This document shows positions 27,655-39,402 of a stretch of DNA of 64,000 bases, piece by piece. The stretch spans positions 186,001 through 250,000 of the forward strand of contig JAUFOQ010000002.1 of NCBI GenBank assembly GCA_040285855.1. Direction: 5' to 3'. The stretch's first letter is position 1; the number at the start of each line of letters is the position of its first letter. The translations under genes were made by a program, and so were the position numbers. This DNA comes from Eukaryota sp. GEM-RC1. Taxonomy: Eukaryota. Under the pieces are notes generated by a model. That model was not told the DNA's origin, made no database searches, and saw nothing but the letters and a program-made list of their open reading frames with translations.

Positions 27655-28136
27655 CAGTGTTCGAAAATTTTCCACCCGGACGTCACCCGGGTGGTGGATG
27701 GAACCGGGTGGCGTCCGGGTGGTTTTCATTTCCACCCGGGTGGTCACCGGGTGGTAATAAAGTACGAGACATAAGTTTTGGTGCAAAAACTACTTTATAC
27801 ACCATATACAATGAAACTGCAAGTACTTTAGCAGTGTGTGATATAAAATAACTAACAATGAAGTACTTTGTTTAGTTTTGGGATTAGAAAAACCCTCTGA
27901 AAAATAAATAAATAAGATGATATTAGCCTCTCCGAGCCTAGAAATACCTCCCGTTAAAATAATTGTATTCAGGACACGTTGAACAACGAAGTATGTATTC
28001 AGGAAGTCATGGATTGAAGATGATGGTAAGACCAAAATTATCCACCCAGTACCACCCAGACACCACCCGGGTAGTGGGTGGCACCGGGTAGCTCCCGGGT
28101 GGTTTTCATTTCCACCCGGGTGGTTTTCAAACACTG
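27655..28136. mobile_element. hAT MITE with CACCCGG subterminal repeats
   Basis: TIR CAGTGTTyGAAAA; perfect TSD CTTAATTG; same terminus as at 39403. Confidence 0.92.
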
Positions 28137-28174
28137 CTTAATTGTAACTGAACAACATTTCCCTTCATTCTGGT

Positions 28175-28672
28175 ATGAACTCTTCACCCGAAGACTGTGC
28201 CAAATCTCTACTCTTTGAATTGGTCAATTATGTTGCTTACATAACAGTTGTTCCTTCTTTTGCAGAACGCCTATGCTCAATTGAACGTGTTCAAATGTCA
28301 AGTGATCATCAGTATCCTATCAATATTGCATGTAAGTGTATGAACTGTTTTACAGATGTTTCTCCAGATCAAACACTTAATACTTTCAATCGTTCATCAT
28401 CTTCATCTTCTTTAATGGCCGTTGGAACTTCCATGATCTCATTTGCCTCAAGACCACCATCCGCCAAACGAAGAAATCCTGATACAATATCTTTTTGTGA
28501 AACTCCTCTGCCTTTCATTCCGGTCGCAGATCTTCCTCCACCTCTCGCTGAACGTATTGGTGTTCTGTCACATCTCCAGATGAAAACTGTCCAACAAGAA
28601 ACCCGCCAACTTCGGAAGATCAACAAGCGGTCTATACCAAAAGAATCAAAAACCAAAAAGTCTTTGGACTAG
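28175..28672 (+). CDS. Hypothetical protein, 165 aa
   Basis: ATG-initiated ORF with a CxxC and a basic tail. Confidence 0.5.
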   Translation: MNSSPEDCAKSLLFELVNYVAYITVVPSFAERLCSIERVQMSSDHQYPINIACKCMNCFTDVSPDQTLNTFNRSSSSSSLMAVGTSMISFASRPPSAKRRNPDTISFCETPLPFIPVADLPPPLAERIGVLSHLQMKTVQQETRQLRKINKRSIPKESKTKKSLD

Positions 28673-29346
28673 GTCTATCTCCGTCTAGAGTTAATGCTTT
28701 GAAATTTCCTTAGCGTAATCCCTAAGACCAATGCTATTGTTCAGTTCATTGAAGTAAAATCGTGATCTTTGGTCTTCAACTTCACCAGTGGATATTAAAC
28801 GTTGACGAAATGACTAGGACTTGTTGATGTGTGATCTTCTTTGTCTTTCTTTAAAGCGAGCTTCCAGAAATTGAACTACGAGATTCTGTACATGTTGTAA
28901 CATCAATTTCAATTGGACTTTTCACTACTTATTAAAGCTGTTATTATTATTGATGATGGTGACACCTATCGTTCTATCATCAATAGTTCTTACTACTGAA
29001 GTCATTGATACTTATTTTGATTTAATGAATGTTTTCAGTTGTAACTATTTAATTCCAACCTCCTTGTTACCTTTAGGAGATTCAGAACAATTCTATGTGG
29101 ATGCCCTTTTACAAACATCTAATTACCTTGATTTTAAAATAGGGTAACAGGACTTGACTTTAATTCTATTTGTGTATAAATATAGTGATGACAAAACGAA
29201 CAATTTGGCTATCGTAATCGGTTTTCATTGAAAACTGTTCAAAGAAGCTGACCCTTTTACGTACACGTCAGACTCAAGCAGTACTTTGTACACACAAACA
29301 GAGCAGACAAAAGGAGACAAAAAAATATTTATAGATCATTGGATAG

Positions 29347-29362
29347 AGTGTTCACAAACACT
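29347..29362 (-). promoter_or_regulatory. Histone 3' stem-loop (H4)
   Basis: AGTGTT-TGTG-AACACT 14 nt after the stop. Confidence 0.75.
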
Positions 29363-29376
29363 GACCTTCTTAGAAT

Positions 29377-29688
29377 CTAAACACCAAATCCATACAGCAC
29401 ACGTCCATGACGTTTCAAAGCATAGACAACATCCATAGCAGTGACGGTCTTTCTTCTAGCATGTTCACAATAGGTAACTGAATCACGGATAACGTTTTCT
29501 AAGAAAGTACGAAGAACAGTACGAGTTTCATCATAGATTAGAGCAGAGATACGTTTAACACCTCCACGACGAGCAAGACGACGGATAGCAGGCTTAGTAA
29601 TACCTTGGATGTTTTCACGAAGGACTTTGCGATGACGCTTGGCTCCACCTTTACCTAGACCTTTACCACCTTTACCACGACCAGCCAT
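29377..29688 (-). CDS. H4: Histone H4
   Basis: [19 protein letters not shown]...YGFG. Confidence 0.99.
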   Translation of the reverse strand: MAGRGKGGKGLGKGGAKRHRKVLRENIQGITKPAIRRLARRGGVKRISALIYDETRTVLRTFLENVIRDSVTYCEHARRKTVTAMDVVYALKRHGRVLYGFGV

Positions 29689-29950
29689 TGAATAAGATTT
29701 TATAAGGGTAAAGATTCCACTTTTTACTTGAGGAGGTGAAACCTGGATTGTTGTGCTTGGAAATTTTGTCGTGTGTATTTTTGATTGGGAAATTGTACTC
29801 TGGTTAATTGATTCTAGATTGGTGTTTGAGAATTACAGGCCAGTGAACAATGTGTTACATTGAAGAATCTCTGAAATCTACACACCAGAGGAATCAATCA
29901 GCTGAAAAACAACGATAAAGACAGAAAACAGTTTATGAGAAGAAAACAAA

Positions 29951-29966
29951 AGTGTTGAAAAACACC
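29951..29966 (-). promoter_or_regulatory. Histone 3' stem-loop (H3)
   Basis: GGTGTT-TTTC-AACACT. Confidence 0.8.
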
Positions 29967-29984
29967 GATAAAAACACTCCTTCT

Positions 29985-30392
29985 CTAGAAATCAGAACGG
30001 ATTCTCTTAGCTAAAGCCATGTCCTTGGGCATAATGGTAACTCTCTTGGCATGGATAGCGCACAAGTTAGTGTCTTCAAACAGACCAACGAGATAAGCTT
30101 CAGCGGCTTCTTGAAGAGCAGAGATACCAGTAGCCTGGAATCTGAGTTCTCCCTTGAATTCCTGAGCGATCTCACGAACTAGACGTTGGAATGGCAACTT
30201 ACGGATCAAAAGTTCAGTAGACTTTTGGTACTTTCTGATTTCACGGAGAGCAACAGTTCCTGGACGATAACGATGGGGTTTCTTGATTCCACCAGTAGCG
30301 GGGGCGGCTTTACGAGCAGCTTTGTGAGCCAAATGCTTTCTGGGAGTTTTAGCAGAGGTAGTCTTGCGTGAAGTTTGCTTGGTACGGGCCAT
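29985..30392 (-). CDS. H3: Histone H3 (divergent tail)
   Basis: [29 protein letters not shown]. Confidence 0.99.
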   Translation of the reverse strand: MARTKQTSRKTTSAKTPRKHLAHKAARKAAPATGGIKKPHRYRPGTVALREIRKYQKSTELLIRKLPFQRLVREIAQEFKGELRFQATGISALQEAAEAYLVGLFEDTNLCAIHAKRVTIMPKDMALAKRIRSDF

Positions 30393-30710
30393 TTGTGATG
30401 AATATTGTGGTAGTGGGATGACATTGTTGACATTTCAATATGCAGGGAAATTGTCGTGCTGAGAATATTTTCTCGTGTGCCACGTTGACTAGGACTAGAC
30501 TATTTTGCCTTGGAGTCTTTGATGGTAGCAATTATTGACTTAATGTTGTGTTGAACCAGACAATGTGTGTCTTGATTATATGCACCTGATACATAGACTT
30601 CGCTAAAACAGTTGATATTGTTGTTTAGATATTCAGTCAAAATGAACAAAACAAACGTTGCAGAGAAACGTTGAATTAAACAAAAATCAAAGAAAGTAAA
30701 ACATTTATAA

Positions 30711-30726
30711 AGTGTTGAAAAACACC
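30711..30726 (-). promoter_or_regulatory. Histone 3' stem-loop (H2B)
   Basis: GGTGTT-TTTC-AACACT. Confidence 0.8.
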
Positions 30727-30736
30727 ATCAAACAAC

Positions 30737-31165
30737 TTACTCAGCTTCCCCTGAGGAACTAAACTTGGTAACAGCCTTGGTACCTTCAGAAACAGCATGC
30801 TTTGAAAGTTCACCAGGTAACAATAATCTAACAGCAGTTTGAATCTCCCTTGAAGACAAAGTGTTTCTCTTGTTGATTCTAGCAAGACGAGAAGCTTCAG
30901 TGGCAATACGTTCAAAAATATCATTGACAAAAGAGTTCATGATTCCCATAGCCTTGGTTGAGATACCAGTATCGGGGTGAACTTGACGCAATACACGATA
31001 AATGTAGGTAGCCCAGGTCTCCTTACGGGCCTTCTTACGCTTGACAACAGTAGGAGCTGCTCCTTCAGCTACAGCTTTGGCAGGAGCCTTGGAAGGGGCT
31101 TTAGCGGGAACTCCCTTGATGGACTTGGTAGACTTGGTAGACTTTACAGATTTCTTTCCGGGCAT
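30737..31165 (-). CDS. H2B: Histone H2B
   Basis: [34 protein letters not shown] at 31165. Confidence 0.98.
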   Translation of the reverse strand: MPGKKSVKSTKSTKSIKGVPAKAPSKAPAKAVAEGAAPTVVKRKKARKETWATYIYRVLRQVHPDTGISTKAMGIMNSFVNDIFERIATEASRLARINKRNTLSSREIQTAVRLLLPGELSKHAVSEGTKAVTKFSSSGEAE

Positions 31166-31316
31166 TGAGGATAGAACTTGTTGTTTGAAGAATTGAATTG
31201 TGAGAAAAGGATTGCGTTCAAGTGAACCGCACCACCACGAGAATCTCTGCCTCACCGAAATTGTCGTGTTCATTTGTAACACCAATTTCTACAGATTCAT
31301 TTTCTCATCTCATTTA

Positions 31317-31697
31317 ATGTCTGAAGAAACTGGTGCCCGTACTCTCTCCTACAAAGCTGGACTCCAATTCCCTGTTGGTCGTATCCGTCGTTATCTTCGT
31401 GAAGGCAAGTATTCCGAACGTGTTGGTGCCGGAGCTCCTGTCTACATGGCTGCTGTCCTTGAGTATCTGACTGCTGAAGTTTTGGAATTGTCTGGTAACG
31501 CTGCTAGAGACAACAAAAAGTCTCGTATTGTTCCTCGTCATATTCTCTTGGCTATCCGTAATGATGAAGAACTCAGCAAACTTTTGTCTCATATTATGAT
31601 TCCTTCTGGTGGTGTTTTGCCTCACATTCACTCAGATTTGTTACCTAAAGGTTCCAGATCTCGTGATACCGCTGAGTCTGGTTCTCAAGAGATTTAA
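31317..31697 (+). CDS. H2A: Histone H2A with H2A.X-type SQEI C-terminus
   Basis: [20 protein letters not shown], ends SQEI; divergently transcribed from H2B. Confidence 0.98.
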   Translation: MSEETGARTLSYKAGLQFPVGRIRRYLREGKYSERVGAGAPVYMAAVLEYLTAEVLELSGNAARDNKKSRIVPRHILLAIRNDEELSKLLSHIMIPSGGVLPHIHSDLLPKGSRSRDTAESGSQEI

Positions 31698-31719
31698 GTA
31701 GATTGTTGTTGTTTCATTT

Positions 31720-31735
31720 GGTGTTTTTCAACACT
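31720..31735 (+). promoter_or_regulatory. Histone 3' stem-loop (H2A)
   Basis: GGTGTT-TTTC-AACACT. Confidence 0.8.
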
Positions 31736-32187
31736 TGTTTGCCTATAAAACTAAGCCCTTGTGATTCTGTTAATTATATGATTTTTGTCACGAGATTTAG
31801 TGCAGTTTGCTACTAGTATTATACACTTCACCTACTGAACCACACAATGAAGCAGCATGTGCGACCATGCATTAAAGAAAGAGTTTTATGATAATTGCCA
31901 CTTGTAAAAGAAATCAAGACTCAGGTTTAGATGTTAGTTTCATCAACAATAACATACACCATGAGAGTCATTATTTGAACCAGTGTATAATTTACCACTG
32001 GCACTATTTGCTGAAAAACAGGCTCAATGACTTTGAAGTGTTGTGATAAAATTTGACCGTAAACTTCAAAAGAAGAGTACAAAACCAATGAAAAGTTACA
32101 CCCAAACAAAGTCAACAACCAAGGAGGCTGACATCACTAATTCAATACAAGTGACAATCAAAGGATCTGTCAAAGGATCTAGACAGA

Positions 32188-32433
32188 CTACAAAAAATCT
32201 AGCATTAGGGAGGGAAGTACTTGCCTGAGTTGAAGGTCATCTATATGCAGGGTAGTAGAGTGTTCATCAACATGGTCATTGACCTGGGAAGCTCGATGAA
32301 GTGCTTCGGATAAGAAGGATTTGCAAACAAGTATCACCATGTCTGACGCTGTTGCATTAACACGGATGTCTGTAGGAAGTTGAAGTAAACCCTGACGATG
32401 AATGGTTTTGGCCTTTGGTTTTGAAGGTGTCAT
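32188..32433 (-). CDS. CENP-X/MHF2-like histone-fold protein
   Basis: 81 aa; F..EA..RA helix and C-terminal VLPSLMLDF resembling CENP-X LPQLLLDF. Confidence 0.7.
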   Translation of the reverse strand: MTPSKPKAKTIHRQGLLQLPTDIRVNATASDMVILVCKSFLSEALHRASQVNDHVDEHSTTLHIDDLQLRQVLPSLMLDFL

Positions 32434-32995
32434 CTGATGCAGATTTTTACAAAAGAGAAGAATATACTAGTAATATGTGATATTCCCATCACCACTCAAT
32501 GTGTTTACGTCTACTAAATGTGCGCATTATAATGGTTTGTTCTATAACTTGATATTAGAGCCCCTAGATTTCATTGATTCTGATGATTTCAAATTATTCC
32601 AACACCAATTAATATATTCAGTACGGTACTGACAGTACCCAAAATGGGAACCTTCCTACAAAAGTATGAATTTGTAAAAACAAACAAATAATACTAAGAC
32701 TACATATAAATCCAAATAAAATCATCCCTATCCGGTAAAAGATTCCGTTTTTCAACCATAACCTTCATACCAAACCTGTACAATGTCTCAACTAATCGAG
32801 AGAAATAAAAAAGTATATTCCGATATATGGAGAACATAATACGGTTTTTCCATTCAGCCATTCTAAACTTACCAGGACTCCTCATAACAATATATTAATT
32901 CTATTTATTTCTATTCATTTCTATTTATATTTGAGCCTTTTTGGCGAACGTGCAAATACAACAAAATAAAATAAAATAGAAATAAATAGAAATAG

Positions 32996-33260
32996 AATGT
33001 CGGGAAGTAAACTTCATTGATCTATATTATACATCGGTTAATTTAGTGCTCAATGTTGTTGATTGACTTGCAACATGATGTGTGAAATACTCAAGCTCAG
33101 CCCAGAATCAAAGTCAAGTCATTTTTCCTCAAACTTGGCCATTTTAATATTGAACCTAACCGACACAGACGAGCCTTTATCTGTGTTCTAAGCCAATACC
33201 ACAACTATATCAGGGCGTATGATCAGTGAACGATTCTCATGAGGTCGTCCACGATGCTGA
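32996..33260. repeat. Dispersed degenerate repeat; second copy at ~55574-55825
   Basis: Shared AACTTCATTGATCT, ATACTCAAGCTCAGCC, TTCCTCAAACTT, CTGTGTTCTAAGCCAAT, GGTCGTCCACGATGC blocks. Confidence 0.8.
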
Positions 33261-33309
33261 CAGCATCGTATATATATTTTTATACCTGGTTCCATTTTAG
33301 AGTGAAAAG

Positions 33310-35851
33310 TATAGATGGGAGCCGGCTCAAATTTTGCTCACGGCTCAGCTGCAGGTACTAGTTAGCCGGCTATGGCTTCCAACATAGTTTAGCCGGCTCA
33401 AGCCGGCTTTAGCCGGCTCAGCCGCAATGAGTTTGATGTAGATTTATTGTTTAACTGTTTTGTCAAAGCATATGCTTTCAGTGTCTTCTCTTTGATAGAT
33501 TTGTTTTATGTGGTTCATTATTGTTATACATAAATTCTACCCTATTCTTCAATTATCGCTACTCTACTCATCGTCTTTCTGATCTTCTTCGTTCAAAAGC
33601 CAGCACCGCAAACACATTAATGCAGTTACCGTGGTGTCATCTAACCGGGAACGCTTCTTAGTTATTACGTTACCAGTTTGTGAAAACAATCGTTCACTAC
33701 TAACGGAGGTCGCTTGAACAGCTAACATATCCCTTGCAAATTTGCTCATCAGAGGAAAGTTTTCAGAGTTTACTCTCCACCAATCTAAGGGATTGTCATT
33801 CTCGGCCGAAAACATAGAAAGATACGTATGTAACTCCTTTTCAACTGATAGATCCTCAGAGTCAGAACGTTCATCTGTGGTACTGTTCTGGGACACAGAT
33901 TCTTTGATGATCTTAAGCTTAGCTCTGAAGGATTTGGTCTTCTTTCTCACTTCTCTTCCTCCATTTTCACTGCTATACTCCTCCTGAAGGCGTGTTAATA
34001 GCAGATGTCTAACTTCCTGCAAGTTCACATGCGTTGGCCACATTAAAGGACTTAACTTGATAGACGGATCCATCACAGTTGCAATCTTGGTCGTGTCATT
34101 CAGTACATTGGCATCGTACTTAGCAATGATTTTCTTCATAAAGATGCTACAAAAACCGGTTACTTTGTTTGGATATACCTCACTCAATTCCTGCATCTTT
34201 TTGTGCAGGTCTGACTTCCGGCGAATATTCTCCAATTCTGCCAAATTGCTGTTTAGTACTCCTTGGCCAAATTTGGCAATTTCAACATCTAGCACTTCTT
34301 TTATGGTTTCCCAATACAGAATTGTATGGGAAATTGTCACGTCAGATGCAGATGAAAGATCGGTTGTGATATCATAGAATGGTTTCAACAGTTTCAACAG
34401 CTTTGACAATGTTACTGTTTCAAAGTCAGATAATATTAGTTCAGTAATTTGCTCATTTTGTAAGAAGTAATTAATGATAGCCAACTGGTCGTGATACGTT
34501 TTTAGCATGAGATATGTACTATTCCAGCGAGTAGGAACGTCAGAGGGAATTCTTTGAAATTTTTGCCTGTGTCTTTGGCGCAAGTTTTGAGCTTTTCATT
34601 CAATGAACTGGACATATGGGTTTTAGACGTCAATTTTTGAATCTTAAGTATACTGGCTTGTATAAAGGGCAATCCATTCTGGACCATGATGTTTAAAACA
34701 TGAGCAAAGCATCGCTGATTTTCAGACCTTTCGTTCAGTAAATCAACTGCATTCACAATGTTCCCAGCATTGTCAGTTGTCCATGATTGTGTCTTGGTTT
34801 GAAGCCCATAATCAGCAATAATGGTGTTCAGTTTCGCTGAAATCATTTCTGCGGTATGCGGAAAAGGCAAGTAAGAGATATCGAGAGTGCATGTAAGTAG
34901 CTCATATGCGTCATTAATGTAGTGGCCTACGACAGAAATATAGGGTGTCCCATTATTTGAAGTCCACAAATCGGACGTAAGAGACATCTTCGAAGTGTTA
35001 AGTGCCAGCGTTTCTTGAAGCAATAACTTTTTTTGTGCGAATAAATTCAATATCGTATCCGTAATCGTTTTTCTGCACGGTAGACTCACAGACGGTTCGT
35101 AAAACTGAAGGATCTTCAAGAGAGTTGGAGATTCAATGTACGACAATGGATGTTGATCAGCAAGAATATGATCAACAATGAGAGGAATTACTCCACTTGG
35201 ATCTTTTTTGAAGGAGCGTTCTGTTGGCTGAAGATATTCAGTTATTTGTCGACTCTTTTTAAGGGGAGGAACTTCAGATTCATAGAGCTTATTATGGTGC
35301 TTTCTCACATGAGAACGCAAGTTACCTGTGGCTGTCGATGACTTGTAGCGCTTAGAGACACAAAATTTACATTCGATGGTTTCAGTACGCACTTCTATAT
35401 CACCATTTGGGAGTTTCTTGGCCGCCTGTTGGAAGAAAGGAGCAATATCTTTGGGAAGAGGCTTGAGGAGTTCTAAGGAAACTATGTCGTTGGAAGAGTT
35501 GCTTTGAGATACTTCTATAGGTTCTTCATTGTCAGAGACCAAAGTAATGTCCATTGCAAATTGATGTGAAGAATGTAAACTGCTGATTATTGTGCTAATG
35601 TTGATAAAGATTATTTTTATAGAAATTCTTTAGTTTTAATATTTAATGTCCTGCAATGTTATGTTTGTATCAATTCATGAACGAATTATAAATATTTCAG
35701 CTGTCAAAAATGAAATTTCAATAATCGGCTTGAGCCGGCTAAAAGTTATTTGAGCCAGCCGGCTTGCAGCTGGAAATATTTCCAATTTGGGACAGCCGGC
35801 TGGCTCGGCTAGCCAGCTGAGCCGGCTAAATTTAGCCGGCTCCCATCTCTA
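33310..35851 (-). mobile_element. hAT (Ac-like) DNA transposon
   Basis: TIR TAkAGATGGGAGCCGGCT; AGCCGGCT subterminal repeats; perfect TSD GTGAAAAG. Confidence 0.95.
33564..35554 (-). CDS. hAT transposase with BED finger (frameshift ~34570)
   Basis: CKFC...NLRSHVRKHH; SDLWTS, TTDNAGN, CFAHVLN, TRWNST, ATSVSSERLFS. Confidence 0.93.
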
Positions 35852-36419
35852 GTGAAAAGCGTGTGCATTAAACATGGTGTCAAGAATCAAGAATCATACA
35901 CCACCACTAACAACACAACAACAATGATTATAATAAAGACAACTATATAAGTGACGAAAAATACCATTTGCTCCACAAGAGTGGAATAATTTACCAGCAA
36001 TGATATAGATAGAGTAGATTCTAATCCCAACGATCAAGTTTATTCTCGATTAACATTAATAAAGAAGGGTGGAACTTGTTTATATTTAGTCTCGTTGGAA
36101 ATTAGTTTCAGTAAGATCAATGCTATTATATTACATATACTGATGAAAAGCATGTTAAAATTTGTCTCAGTGAGACTATACAAGTAGACAAAGAATTGGT
36201 TGGCTAAAGAGCCGTTTTTGCTTTGATACGTGAAAGAAACAATTCTGATTAGATAGATGATTCATTAAATAAGTCATGAGATACAACTACAACTATCGAT
36301 AAGTATACATCAATACATTAAGGGTAGCCTGTAAATTTGTCGGTCACAGAACATCATATAATCAATGATTAACCAACTTTTATTTAGAGAAAGACAACGT
36401 TAAACATGTACATGTAGTT

Positions 36420-37169
36420 CTACAATGAGAGGGGGGAATTAGTCATTACATCAAGTCCTGCATCAATTGACCCATGCTCCTGGTTCAACAAGGACATGCT
36501 ACACTCATAAGCAACTAAACTAAAACATGTTGCTACATTCATGGACTTCTTCATCCCCATCATTGGAACGTACACTTTATGACTACAAAGACTAAGCGCA
36601 GACCTACCTACACCTGTGACCTCATTGCCCATAACAATGCAAGGACGCGCCGGCCAGATAAACTTATGTAGAGCTACAGCATCGGGGTCTGTCTCTATGG
36701 CAACAGGAGTATAGCCTTGATTGATGGCAGAATTAATTCCATCAACTGTAGTAGTACAATACTCCCACGGGATCACTTGTTCAGCTCCCAGAGCAGTGTT
36801 GTGGATGATTTTGGTTTGTTTTGAGTCAGTTGTACCAGGTTTACCAGTTATGCCACAAAGAAACAGTCGCGAAACTGCAAAGCAATCTGAAGTGCGAAAG
36901 ATGGCACCTACATTCCATAAAGATCTGATATTATCACAAAGTACTGCAATTGGGAGACGTTGAAGTGAAGGAGAGTTTGAAAGAAGTTTAAGCTGACTCT
37001 CAGCATCGCCAATAACAGTAGATGAACGGAGAGTGAAGATTTGTGTACAATATTGGCATGTAAAGTTTTGCCAAGCAACTCATCAGAAACAGAAACAGAA
37101 AAAATCGCAAAGAGGATTGGAGCACGTACATTCAACAATACAAGACGAGGGACCTTCTGCTGGTAGCAT
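36420..37169 (-). CDS. SpoU/TrmH-family RNA 2'-O-methyltransferase with possible N-terminal Zn ribbon (frameshifted)
   Basis: DNIRSLWNVGAIFRTSD, MGNEVTGV, VPMMGMKKSMNV SPOUT motifs; CSNPLC...CQYC upstream across 1-nt breaks. Confidence 0.85.
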
Positions 37170-37209
37170 TCACCAGAATAATTACTGGAATATCCTATGA
37201 GGTGTAAAA

Positions 37210-37570
37210 CAGTGAACACTAACACGTAACAAAATTGAATCTAACACGTGTTAACACGTGTTAACACGCGTGTTACGTGTTAGGACGTGTTACGTGTTTG
37301 CGTTACAAGAATTTTTGCTGGCTTCTTGTTCAGCGATAAATAGCTCATTTCTTCTACACATTCATCCTTACGATACTCTACATCCCTATAGAGGACTTCT
37401 AAAACGTCACATTTCAATTTTTTAGGAACAAAAGACCTTTTTAGGTCATTCAGACCCAAAATTATAACCGTTGTTTGCGTGTTAGAAATCAGTGAAAATT
37501 CCTAACACGTGTTAACACGTGTTAACACGCGTGTTACGTGTCAGGCCGTGTTACGTGTTAGCGTTCACTG
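37210..37570. mobile_element. hAT MITE with AACACGTGTT repeats
   Basis: TIR CAGTGAACrCTAACACGTAAC; perfect TSD GTGTAAAA. Confidence 0.9.
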
Positions 37571-37611
37571 GTGTAAAATTTTGAATTGCTAAACATATGA
37601 CAGATTTAAAC

Positions 37612-38296
37612 CATACCTAGGAAATACAGATACACTGTATTCTGTATTTGTATCTGTATCCTAACATTGCTTTGTATCGTGTATTCTGTATTCTGTGTAT
37701 CTTGTGTATTTTCTTACAAACCCTTCAATTGAAACTGACAATGAAGCTCCCATCTATCTACTGCATTAATAAACAGCGTTCACAAAATGGCTTCAAGGAT
37801 TAAAAGTCATCAAATGTATATCCAACTCGAAATTGTTGGATGAACATACACAATAGCATTTGTTTTTTCCTTATTCCTCAATGTTTGTATGTTCTTTCCA
37901 ATCATCCCACTGTTCTGAAAGCAACACCTCATTTCGGTGTACCGAAGAATAATTTAAAGAAGGAGGGAAACCTCATTATAACAGGAAAAGAAGTTTTTCG
38001 ACTAACAGTCACACTGATGATAACTGAGTTTTGAAGGAATTTACTTCCTCAGACTTCAACTGACATCAAAATAGATGTACAATGTATCTGTGACAAATTT
38101 GGAATACATGGGATACAATATATATTTAACAGTGTTTATGATACAAATTTGTCTAACAACAACCAGAAGTACAATGCCAAGTCGACAGTCGAATCTTGTG
38201 ACTAATGATGTCTTTTTATCTGTATCTGTATTTTTGTATATGTATTCTGTATCTGTATCTGTATTTGGAAATGTGTTTGTGTATTTCCTAGGTATG
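37612..38296. mobile_element. hAT MITE with TGTATy repeats
   Basis: TIR CATACCTAGGAAATACA; TSD ATTTAAAc/g. Confidence 0.85.
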
Positions 38297-38313
38297 ATTT
38301 AAAGTTTCGTCGT

Positions 38314-38370
38314 AACGGAGTGAATCAATACTCAGTTTAAATTTTAAACTGAGTATTGATTCACTCCGTT
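38314..38370. repeat. Perfect 57-bp palindrome
   Basis: 28-bp arms AACGGAGTGAATCAATACTCAGTTTAAA with a 1-nt centre. Confidence 0.95.
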
Positions 38371-38558
38371 CTCATTAGACTGTTCTTATCTATGTACAGT
38401 CCAAGCTATAATTGAGTTGATGTCCCCTTCATATCACAATCAACAACTCTTGTGGTTGCTGCAGTGTAGAAAAGCATGACCGCTGAGTATTGACACCCAG
38501 ACAGACTGTAATACAAGAATCTAGTCGATAAACTGATGTATAAAAAACAATAAATAAG

Positions 38559-39334
38559 TTACTTTCTAATAGCAACAACGATCTCCTTATCCATTCCTCT
38601 TGCAATAGAAAGAGCGGTCTTATCCCATGCAATCACATAAACTACAGGAACGGTTCCTTCAAACGTGATTACGGGGCTGAAGCCGAAATCATGAGAAGAA
38701 GTAGTGTATGTAAGTTGACAAGAAGCAGCGGATCCACGGGGAGAGAACTTCCAGGAAACTTGATCATTATGATTTAGAACAGTTCCAGGATCGTTATAAT
38801 CCATATCCCTACACATATGGGTAATTAATTTGAAGTTGAACTCCATCTCATTTCGGAAGCGAGTCATGAGCGGACCATTGAATGATGGTTGAGATTCGGC
38901 TTGTACATTGGAGAAAAGCGAAGAGTTGCTGAATTCCATAGCAATGAAGGGACCGGAAGCAGTCATTTCAGATCTAACCTTAATGGAAACACCAGCGGGA
39001 GCGCTGATGTTATACAGATCGTGCTTGTCAATAAGCATCCTGATTGTGGTATTGCTATTAACAATAACATATTCAAGAATGGCTCCTACTTCAAATATAC
39101 GGTGAGACAAAAGAACACATACTCAGCGGCGAACGAACAATCAATCTGGAAAAAGCCAGTACTGTTGGGGAAAATGTTGGCAGTGGGCTCTGGTTCAGCA
39201 TAACATCCGTATCGGAATTCATAAGAAGATAGCTTCATGCGAGAACCAAGTAAATTAGTGATGGCAACACGAGGGGGAGTGCCACACAAGGATAAACCGA
39301 TAAGAAGGCAGATGATGAGAAGAGTCTTGGACAT
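38559..39334 (-). CDS. Putative secreted protein (frameshift ~39110)
   Basis: Signal-peptide-like MSKTLLIICLLIGLSLC; two overlapping ORFs; no family recognised. Confidence 0.6.
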
Positions 39335-39402
39335 TGTTATAGTTGAAGAAAAGTGTATTTCATTTCAAATGCATTTCTACTCAGTCCGAGGACTGTTTTC
39401 AC

